From Hydrogenophilales bacterium (lineage in GTDB: Bacteria; Pseudomonadota; Gammaproteobacteria; Burkholderiales; Thiobacteraceae), in assembly GCA_016235775.1 (NCBI GenBank), contig JACRIU010000102.1:32721-96720 (forward strand): a stretch of DNA of 64,000 nt. Direction: 5' to 3'. Positions 9,178 through 16,798 of this stretch are shown here, piece after piece. The position numbers and the translations under genes are program-made. Below the pieces are notes generated by a model that was given only the letters and a program-made list of their open reading frames with translations, did not search any database and was not told the DNA's origin. Position 1 is the stretch's first letter. Every line of letters starts with the position of its first letter.

Positions 9178-11616
9178 TCACGCGATTGAATCGTCCTCGA
9201 CTGATTGTTTTTCAATAACGGATTGGCGGGCGGGCTGCTTTTCTACCTGCATTGTTTCCTGGGGCAGGTCAAACCAGAACGTGCTGCGCCAGAACGTGCT
9301 GCCTTCGCCGGGGGGGCTCTCGACGCCAATCGCGCCCCCCATCAATTCCACCAGTTTCCGGCTGATGGCGAGGCCGATCCCGGCGCCCTCGATGGCGCCG
9401 TTTTCGGCGCCCAGCCGGTTAAAGGGCTGGAACAATTGGCCCAGGCGCGCTTGCGGGATGCCGGGGCCGGTATCGCTTACCAGGATGCGGGCCGGTTGGC
9501 CATCGCCGGCGGAGAAATGCAGCTTTATGCTGCCGCCGGCGCGGTTGTACTTGACCGCATTGGAGAGCAGATTGAGCAGCACCTGTTTTACGCGCATGCG
9601 GTCTGCGCGCAGAACGATGTTGGCGCAGTCATCGCTTTCGACCCAGATGCCGCGCGCATCCGCCAGCGGATGGATCAGCGCCAGGCATTCGTTGACCACG
9701 GCGCAGAGATCGACCGGTTCCAGGGAGAGCGTGATGCTGCCGCTCTCGACTTTTTCCAGGTTCAGTATTTCGTTGATGAGTTTCAGCAGGTGTTGGCCGG
9801 CTTTCAGAATCTCGCCCACGTTATCCTGGTTGTCCGGTGACAGCGCCTGATCCGTTTCCATCAATTGGGCAAAGCCGAGCATGGCGTTCATCGGCGTGCG
9901 CAGTTCGTGCGACATGCTGGAGAGGAACTGCGATTTGGCCAGGTTGGCGCGTTCGGCCTCGTCTTTCGCGGCGATCAGCGCTTCTTCGGCCTGCTTGCGT
10001 TCGGTGATGTCGGTGAATACGCCGATGTAATGCAGCGGCAAGCCGTGCGCATCGCGCACCTCCGTGACGTTGAGTATCTCCGGATAGATTTCGCCGTTCT
10101 TGCGCTTGTTCCAGACAACGCCGCTCCAGTGGCCCTTTTCCCGGATCGCAGCCCACATCGCCTGGTAGAAGGCGGCATCGTGGCGCCCGGATTGCAGGAT
10201 GCGCGGGTTCTTGCCGATGACCTCGCGCGGGGCGTATCCGGTGATCTCGGTGAAGGCGCGGTTGACCGAAATGATGTTGCGCCCGGCGTCGGTGATGGTG
10301 ACGCCTTCGCGGCTGTTTTCGAACACCGTGGCGGCCAGGCGCAACTGAAGTTCGGCCTGCTTGTGTGCGGTGATATCCTGCAATGCGCCGGCGAGCCGCG
10401 CCAGCTTGCCGTTTTCGAATTGCGGGTGGCCCATCGCGCGCACCCAGATATTCCGGCCCCGCGCGGTGACGAGCGGCAGTTCCAGGTCAAAAGGCGAGCC
10501 GCGCTCGATCGCTCCCTGTATGGCGTTCGTGATGATGGGCCGCGCCTCGGGCGTGAAATAGCCGAGAGCATCCTCGAGGCCCGGCTGCTTGTCCTGCGCA
10601 AGCTCGTGGATGCGGCGGGCCTGCGGGGTCCAGCGCAGCGCCTTGTCCGGCAGATCAAGTTCCCAGCCGCCGATATTGGCGATTTCGCCGGTGTGCTCCA
10701 GCAGGTTTTCGTTGTAGCGCAGCGCGCGGTTCGCCTGCTCGAATTGGCGCGCCCGCTGCGCGCTCAGTCCCCATAGCCAGAATGTGATGCCGGCCAATAA
10801 GGTCAGCGCGAGGCCGCTGGCCAGCACCAGTTCGGGCAGCACCGAGTCGTTCGCGCTTAGATGCGCCGGCGTGGGCCAGAGCCGGATTTGCCAGTCGCCG
10901 TCGCCGCTGTCGAGCCGGAAGCTGCGCATAAGGCGCGCCGCGGGGGAGGCTGCCGGCAACTCGCCACGCCGGTACAGCGTCACCCCAGCGCGCGAGACGT
11001 CCAGGCCATAGCCCCGCGCGGCGATTTCTTTGGTGAGATTGGCAAACAGACTGTCCGTGCGAAATACGCCGAGCAGATAACCGCCGGGCCGCCCCGCGAC
11101 CGATAGCGCGTGCACCAGCAGCAGGCCTTGCTCATCCTGGGTGAGGTTAATCTGCGCGGAGAAGATGGGGTCTGTGCCATGCGCGCGCTCCAATGCCCTT
11201 TTGGGCGCAGGTCCCTGTTTCAGATCAAGGCCGATGATGGGCTCGTTGCCCGCTTCCGGCGCCACCCAGCGCACGCGGCCCAGGGCATCGGCCCACGCGA
11301 TGGCCTGAAAGCCCGGCAGGTCGCGGACGTAGCTTGCGGCATCCTGGCGCCACAATGCTTTGGGCGTGCCGCCGGCGGCTTCCCAGCGATGCGCCATGCG
11401 ATCGAGGGCGTTTACGCGCTCGAGCAGGGCGGCCTCAAAATGCTTTTGCAGCCACTGGGATTCCGTATCCACTTGCCAGCCCTGTTGCTGTTCATCGTAG
11501 TGTTGCAGCTTGTTCCAGAGCACGGTGACACCCAGCAGTAGCGCCAAGGCGCCTATCGCCAAGGGGAGGCGCAGGCTAACGGAAAGGAGGCGATTCGGCA
11601 TGCGGGATGAATCCAT
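9178..11616 (-). CDS. Sensor histidine kinase with large extracytoplasmic domain and two PAS domains (no receiver)
   Basis: 812 aa. N-terminal TM, ~250-aa periplasmic region, second TM and PAS repeats. H-box SHELRTPMNAMLGF, HATPase DTGPGI/GAGIGLAIS. Confidence 0.9.
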   Translation of the reverse strand: MDSSRMPNRLLSVSLRLPLAIGALALLLGVTVLWNKLQHYDEQQQGWQVDTESQWLQKHFEAALLERVNALDRMAHRWEAAGGTPKALWRQDAASYVRDLPGFQAIAWADALGRVRWVAPEAGNEPIIGLDLKQGPAPKRALERAHGTDPIFSAQINLTQDEQGLLLVHALSVAGRPGGYLLGVFRTDSLFANLTKEIAARGYGLDVSRAGVTLYRRGELPAASPAARLMRSFRLDSGDGDWQIRLWPTPAHLSANDSVLPELVLASGLALTLLAGITFWLWGLSAQRARQFEQANRALRYNENLLEHTGEIANIGGWELDLPDKALRWTPQARRIHELAQDKQPGLEDALGYFTPEARPIITNAIQGAIERGSPFDLELPLVTARGRNIWVRAMGHPQFENGKLARLAGALQDITAHKQAELQLRLAATVFENSREGVTITDAGRNIISVNRAFTEITGYAPREVIGKNPRILQSGRHDAAFYQAMWAAIREKGHWSGVVWNKRKNGEIYPEILNVTEVRDAHGLPLHYIGVFTDITERKQAEEALIAAKDEAERANLAKSQFLSSMSHELRTPMNAMLGFAQLMETDQALSPDNQDNVGEILKAGQHLLKLINEILNLEKVESGSITLSLEPVDLCAVVNECLALIHPLADARGIWVESDDCANIVLRADRMRVKQVLLNLLSNAVKYNRAGGSIKLHFSAGDGQPARILVSDTGPGIPQARLGQLFQPFNRLGAENGAIEGAGIGLAISRKLVELMGGAIGVESPPGEGSTFWRSTFWFDLPQETMQVEKQPARQSVIEKQSVEDDSIA

Positions 11617-11619
11617 CGC

Positions 11620-13446
11620 TCAACCCCGTTTGTTCTTGAGCAACAAGATTTCAAACTCCGCCAGCGGCACCGGCTTGCCGAACAGGTAGCCCTGGTAGTT
11701 GGGGCAGCCGTGGCGTTCGAGAAAGTCGCGCTGCGCTTGCGTTTCCACGCCTTCGGCGATGACATTGAGCCCCAGGTTGTTGGCCATGCCGATGATGGTC
11801 TGCACGATCACGGCGTCGGAGGTTTTGACGCCGATGTTCTTGAGCGCCTGCATTTTGGCGATGGTGTCGTTGACGTTGTCGAGCACCAGGCTTTCGGTGA
11901 GTTCGAGCTTGAGCTTGGCGGGGTCGATGCCGGTGGCGTCCAGCACGGCGCACACTTGTTCGACGAAATCGGGGGGGCGGAACTGGCGCGCGCTGACGTT
12001 GACGGCCAACTGCAAGTGCCGGGCGCTCGGGTCGGACGCCCAGGCTTTCAGTTTCATGCAAGCGGTTTCCAGCACCCAGTAACCGATGGGGAGAATCAGG
12101 CCGCTATCCTCGGCCAGCGGGATGAATTGGAGCGGGGAGACCAGCCCCTGCTTGGGATGCTGCCAGCGCAGCAGCACTTCGGCGCCGTGGATGCAACCGG
12201 TGTGATCCACCTGCATCTGATAGTAAAGCCGGAGTTGGTTTTCCGGCACGGCGCGGCGCAAGTCCGTTTCAAGCGCGATGCGAGTCTCCATGGCGGCATG
12301 GGTGGCGGGATCGAAGAAGCGGATGGTGTTGCGCCCGGACTGCTTGGCTTGATACATGGCGGTGTCGGCGCGCTTGAGCAATTCGTCCATCGTGATGTTA
12401 TGACCGCCAAACAGGCAGATGCCGATACTGGGCGAAGTGAGGTATTCGCGCCCTTGCGGTTCGAAAGGCTGGTTGATGGCGTTGCGGATTTTTTCGGCGA
12501 TGCCCTCGGCCTGCACCGCGGCCTGTTCGGATGCCGCGCTCAGATCATTCAGGATGATCACGAATTCGTCGCCGCCCTGGCGCGCGACCGTGTCATCGGT
12601 GCGCACGCAGGCTTGCAAGCGCCCGGTGACTTCGATCAGCAGCAGATCGCCGATGCCGTGCCCCCTGGTGTTGTTCAGCTCCTTGAAGTTATCCAGGTCG
12701 ATGAACAGGATCGCGCCATGGCGTTGGCGCCGCGCGCTGGAGGACAAGGTCTGTTGCAGCCGGTCTTGCAGCAGGCGGCGGTTGGGCAGGCGGGTGAGCG
12801 AATCGTAGAACGCCAGGTGGTGGATGGTTTCTTCGGCCTGCTTGTGCCGGCTGATGTCGGAGAACGCTCCGACATAGTGGGTGACCCGATCCCCTTCATC
12901 GGTCACGGCGGTGATGCTGAGCCACTCGGGATAGATTTCTCCGTCCTTGCGCTTGTTCCAGATTTCACCCTGCCAGTACTGGTCGCGATTCAGGCTGTTC
13001 CACATCGCCTGGTAGAACGCGTCATCCTGGCGGCCGGATTTGAGAATGGCGGGGGTCTGGCCGATGGCCTCCCCGGCGCTATAACCGGTGATCCGGGTAA
13101 AAGCATGGTTGACGTTGAGGATGACCCGGTTCGCATCGGTGATGGTCATGCCTTCCTGGGATTCGAAGGCGATGGCGGCGATGCGCAGCTCCGCCTCCAT
13201 TTGCCTGCGCTCGGTGATGTCCTTTTGCATTTTCCGGAAGACCAGGAAATAAAGCGACGGCGCAATGAGGAGGGTAAGCAGGACGGCGTCGAAATACTCC
13301 CATGCGGATTCCGGGACGATGGCGGGGACGAGCGCATCATGCACGACGATCATGATCCAAAGCTCGACCAACGTTATGAGCGAGCCTAATACGATCACCA
13401 ACCCCAGAGGGGTGCCCAATAACGGAAATGATCGCTTATGTTTCAT
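11620..13446 (-). CDS. PAS-GGDEF-EAL protein with internally deleted EAL domain
   Basis: TM N-terminus, PAS, and GGDEF (RQGGDEFVIIL). The EAL domain begins normally (ELTES) but lacks the DDFGTGYSSL...KID segment at the 11823/11824 junction. Confidence 0.9.
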   Translation of the reverse strand: MKHKRSFPLLGTPLGLVIVLGSLITLVELWIMIVVHDALVPAIVPESAWEYFDAVLLTLLIAPSLYFLVFRKMQKDITERRQMEAELRIAAIAFESQEGMTITDANRVILNVNHAFTRITGYSAGEAIGQTPAILKSGRQDDAFYQAMWNSLNRDQYWQGEIWNKRKDGEIYPEWLSITAVTDEGDRVTHYVGAFSDISRHKQAEETIHHLAFYDSLTRLPNRRLLQDRLQQTLSSSARRQRHGAILFIDLDNFKELNNTRGHGIGDLLLIEVTGRLQACVRTDDTVARQGGDEFVIILNDLSAASEQAAVQAEGIAEKIRNAINQPFEPQGREYLTSPSIGICLFGGHNITMDELLKRADTAMYQAKQSGRNTIRFFDPATHAAMETRIALETDLRRAVPENQLRLYYQMQVDHTGCIHGAEVLLRWQHPKQGLVSPLQFIPLAEDSGLILPIGYWVLETACMKLKAWASDPSARHLQLAVNVSARQFRPPDFVEQVCAVLDATGIDPAKLKLELTESLVLDNVNDTIAKMQALKNIGVKTSDAVIVQTIIGMANNLGLNVIAEGVETQAQRDFLERHGCPNYQGYLFGKPVPLAEFEILLLKNKRG

Positions 13447-13451
13447 GCTCG

Positions 13452-15143
13452 CTAGTCCAGGCCATACACCGCGGTGACATCATTGCCCTTTCCCGAATAC
13501 ACCAAGGATAGGCAGAGTTGTTTCACCAGCATGATGCCGCGACCGCTCAATTGGCCGGTAGCGGCTTCGCGCTTTTTGATTATGGCGGCATGGTCGAAGC
13601 CGGGGCCGCTGTCCCTGACGCGCAGGCGCAGGAGGTCGCTGCCCGTTAAAAAAAAGAGTTCCAAATCGACTTCTATCGTGGCGTCGGTGAGCTGTGAGAG
13701 CCGCGCTTCGCGTTGCTCGATGTATTGCTCGAAGCCATCCGGGTCTTGCTTGAGTTGGGAGTCGAGCCCGAGCAGGCCGTGGTCGAGCGCGTTGTTGAAC
13801 AGCTCGCCCAGAATCAGGAAGGCCTGGCCGCGATGTTGCGGATTGATTTGCAGTTGATCGAGCCAGTTCATGATCAAGGGCAGGGTATCCAGGCGCTTGA
13901 TTTCCGCCGCGCTCAGGGAGAGCGAGAAACGCCAGCGTGAATGGCCGGACGGTTTGTCGGGGTGCGCGGCGGACATGGCTTCAACCATGGGCAGCCAATC
14001 CAGCGCGCCCGCGCAGCGCACCGCGAGCAGGGAGATGTCGTCGCGTTGTTGCGCGCCGTGAATGTGGCTCTGCACCGCATCCGCGAGCACTTTAAATCGC
14101 CCCGTGCCATACGGGCGGGACAGCAAGGACAGGAAGCGCGTCATGCTGAACGGAATGCCGGCGCTGTCTTCCGCCTCGGGCAGGCCGTCGGAGCAGAGAA
14201 TGATCTCGCCCGGCTCATCCCATCGATAGACCTGCGGGTTGCTGTCGAATTCGGCGGCGGGCAGAATGCCCAGCGCGGGATGGGTGGATTTCCAGATGCG
14301 CTGCACCACGCCGCCGTCGGTGACGAAGACCGCTTCCGGCGAGCCGCCGTTCCATACCCTCACGGTGCGATTGGCGTAGTCGATCGAGATCAATACCGCG
14401 GCGATGAAGCGGTCGATCGGCAGCAGGTTTTTCACTTTGCGGTTCAGTTCGCGCGCGATGCTGGAGATCGAAAAGCCTTTTTCGGTCATGCTGTAGAACG
14501 ATTCGATCACCGGCAGCACGCTGATCGCGGCGGCCAGGCCATGGCCGGTGGCGTCCGCCAGCAATACGTTCAACTCATTCGCGGGCGAGCGCGCGGTGAT
14601 CGCCACGTCGCCGCTGAAATGCTGGGCGGGCGAGACCCAAGTGTTGACCAGGTCCTGCTCCGCTTTGTCCTGGCGCACGATGTGGTCGAGCAGGTGGCGC
14701 GCCAACAAGCGCTCTTCGCGGTGTTGTTCGAGGTTGGCCTGCATTTGCCGCGCATAGTTCGAGACTTGATCCTGCATGTCCGCGATGCGGCGCAGCGCGC
14801 GCACTTTGTTGCTCAGGATGGTGAGATTGACCGGCTTGGCGAGATAATCGTCGCCGCCGGCTTCCAGGCCCTTGGTGCGCTCGGCATCGTCGGTGTGCGC
14901 GCTCAAAAAGACGATCGGCACCCAATGCGCCGTGTCGATGCGGCGGATGGCGGCGGTGGCTTCATAGCCATCCATCACCGGCATCATCACATCCATGATG
15001 ACCAGATCGGGGTTTTCGGTGCGGTAGGCGGCAATGGCTTGTTCGCCGTTTTGGGCCGTCACGATCTCATGGCCCTGGCCTTTAAGGTGCTGGCCGAGCA
15101 CGAAAATATTATCCGGCGCGTCGTCGACTACCAGGACTTTCAT
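13452..15143 (-). CDS. Response regulator - PP2C/SpoIIE phosphatase - HATPase(anti-sigma kinase-like) fusion, HsbR-like architecture
   Basis: REC (VLVVDDAPDN, VIMDVMMPVMDG), PP2C-type region (LLADATGHGLAAA ... SDGLPEA ... DDISLL), and a C-terminal GHKL-like segment (ELFNNALDHG, VRDSGPGFD, GRGIMLV). Confidence 0.85.
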   Translation of the reverse strand: MKVLVVDDAPDNIFVLGQHLKGQGHEIVTAQNGEQAIAAYRTENPDLVIMDVMMPVMDGYEATAAIRRIDTAHWVPIVFLSAHTDDAERTKGLEAGGDDYLAKPVNLTILSNKVRALRRIADMQDQVSNYARQMQANLEQHREERLLARHLLDHIVRQDKAEQDLVNTWVSPAQHFSGDVAITARSPANELNVLLADATGHGLAAAISVLPVIESFYSMTEKGFSISSIARELNRKVKNLLPIDRFIAAVLISIDYANRTVRVWNGGSPEAVFVTDGGVVQRIWKSTHPALGILPAAEFDSNPQVYRWDEPGEIILCSDGLPEAEDSAGIPFSMTRFLSLLSRPYGTGRFKVLADAVQSHIHGAQQRDDISLLAVRCAGALDWLPMVEAMSAAHPDKPSGHSRWRFSLSLSAAEIKRLDTLPLIMNWLDQLQINPQHRGQAFLILGELFNNALDHGLLGLDSQLKQDPDGFEQYIEQREARLSQLTDATIEVDLELFFLTGSDLLRLRVRDSGPGFDHAAIIKKREAATGQLSGRGIMLVKQLCLSLVYSGKGNDVTAVYGLD

Positions 15144-15201
15144 CGGAAGGCTCTCAGCGGCGCGCGTTAATCGCGCGCCGGCACGGAAGGTTGCGGGAGA
15201 T

Positions 15202-15513
15202 TCAGGAGATGGTGAATAGCCGCCCGAAGTTGGCGACTTCCAACACCTGCCGCACCGAACTCTGCGTGTTGAGCAGCTTCATTTGAATGTTTTTCGCCGA
15301 GGCTTTCTCGCGCAGCAGCAACAGCATGCCGAGCGCCGAGCTGTCGACGTAATCGACGCCCTTCAAGTCAACATCCAGCTCGCGCATGCCGTCGGCGCCG
15401 AGGATTTGCTCGTAGCCATTGCGAAAATCGCGGTGAATCGAAAAGTCGAAACGCCCGTTGATGGTGAGCGTGCCCTTGTTATCGCCGATATGATTGCTAA
15501 CAGTCGAAGCCAT
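15202..15513 (-). CDS. STAS-domain anti-anti-sigma factor (HsbA/RsbV-like)
   Basis: MASTVSNHIGDNKGTLTINGRFDF...VDYVDSSALGMLLLLRE, the typical STAS pattern with a phosphorylatable Ser context (DSSALG). AGGA SD lies 8 nt upstream of the ATG at 15513. The ORF-track N-terminal extension runs through a REP element. Confidence 0.85.
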   Translation of the reverse strand: MASTVSNHIGDNKGTLTINGRFDFSIHRDFRNGYEQILGADGMRELDVDLKGVDYVDSSALGMLLLLREKASAKNIQMKLLNTQSSVRQVLEVANFGRLFTIS

Positions 15514-15573
15514 GTTGTCGTTCCTTGTGTGTGAAGCAAGACAAAGGCTATATCGGCGGCTTTCTTGAATACT

Positions 15574-15597
15574 GTAGGGGCGAGGCATGCCTCGCCC
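15574..15597. repeat. REP-like palindrome GTAGGGGCGAGGCATGCCTCGCCC
   Basis: Perfect palindromic core GGGCGAGGCATGCCTCGCCC. The same unit occurs at 6025, 24046 and 50388. Confidence 0.85.
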
Positions 15598-15643
15598 GAT
15601 AGACATAACGGGCCGGACGACCCCTGCAACTATGAAAAGATTA

Positions 15644-16429
15644 TCAGGGCCAAAGACCGCCCACCGTGGAATTGAAGCCGCTGTCCACATAGCTGATCTC
15701 GCCGGTCATGCCCGAGGCCAGGTCGCTCAGCAGGAAGGCGGCGACATTGCCGACCTCCTCGATCGTGACATTGCGCCGCATGGGGGCGGATTTTTCAACG
15801 AAATCAAATATTTTGCCGAAATCGGCGATGCCCGAGGCGGCCAGGGTTTTAATCGGGCCGGCGGAGATGCCGTTGACCCGGATGCCTTTGGGGCCCAGGC
15901 TCTGCGCCAGGTAAAGCACGCTGGATTCCAGGCTGGCCTTGGCCAGTCCCATCACGTTGTAGTGGGCGATGGAGCGCACCGCGCCCAGGTAGGAGAGCGT
16001 GAGCAGCGCGCTGTTGCGGCCTTCCATCATCGGCAGCGCGGCCTTGGCCAGGGCGGTGAAGCTGTAGGAGCTGATGTCGTGCGCGATGCGGAAATATTCG
16101 CGATTGACCGAGCTGAGATAGTCGCCTGACAGCGCTTCTTTCGGTACGAAGGCGACCGAATGCACGATGCCGTCCAGCCCATCCCAATGTTGCGCCAGAT
16201 CGACGAAAACTTTATCGATTTCCTCGTCGCTCGACACATCGCAGTTGAACAGCAGCGTCGAACCGAAATCCTGCGCCAAGCCCGCCACCCGTTCCTGCGT
16301 GCGCTCGCCTTGATAGGTGAAGGCCAGCTCGGCGCCCTCGCGTTTCGCCGCGCGGGCGATGCCGTAAGCGATGGAGCGGCTGCTGAGAAGACCGGTGATG
16401 AGGATTTTTTTGCCTGCGAGAAAACCCAT
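15644..16429 (-). CDS. fabI: Enoyl-[acyl-carrier-protein] reductase (NADH) FabI
   Basis: 261 aa. N-terminus [24 protein letters not shown] and the SDR pattern typical of FabI. Confidence 0.93.
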   Translation of the reverse strand: MGFLAGKKILITGLLSSRSIAYGIARAAKREGAELAFTYQGERTQERVAGLAQDFGSTLLFNCDVSSDEEIDKVFVDLAQHWDGLDGIVHSVAFVPKEALSGDYLSSVNREYFRIAHDISSYSFTALAKAALPMMEGRNSALLTLSYLGAVRSIAHYNVMGLAKASLESSVLYLAQSLGPKGIRVNGISAGPIKTLAASGIADFGKIFDFVEKSAPMRRNVTIEEVGNVAAFLLSDLASGMTGEISYVDSGFNSTVGGLWP

Positions 16430-16520
16430 TGCGCGTTCCTTGGTTATGAGCGAAAACGGGCATTATAAAACATCCGTCAGTAAACGCGGCCTTGCGTTTG
16501 GCATTAACATAAAAACAGCA

Positions 16521-16731
16521 GTTCCAGGTCATGATTAGCCACGAAGTTCAGCAAGTTGCAGCCCACCGTGTTGCCCCATCCCTATCCATCATACCCATCA
16601 GGACGGCGGGCCCGTGTAGCGCCGGCTTCCAGCCGGCATGCAAGCAGGATGTTTGCACTACAAAACCTGGCTCAGACCCTCCCACAAGCGGAAGGGATCT
16701 GCTGAACTTTGTGGTTAATCAGGTTCCAGGT
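16521..16731. mobile_element. MITE-like element with ~20-bp terminal inverted repeats and 9-bp target-site duplication
   Basis: TIRs are ATTAGCCACGAAGTTCAGCA (16534-16553) and TGCTGAACTTTGTGGTTAAT (16700-16719; reverse complement matches 18/20). The direct repeat GTTCCAGGT occurs at 16521-16529 and 16723-16731. Internal palindrome GCCGGCTTCCAGCCGGC. Confidence 0.7.
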
Positions 16732-16798
16732 TGAATGAATAATATTAGACGGGCCGTGCCCGCCATCCTCAACTGGAATTGCGCTAAACTTTCGTCCC

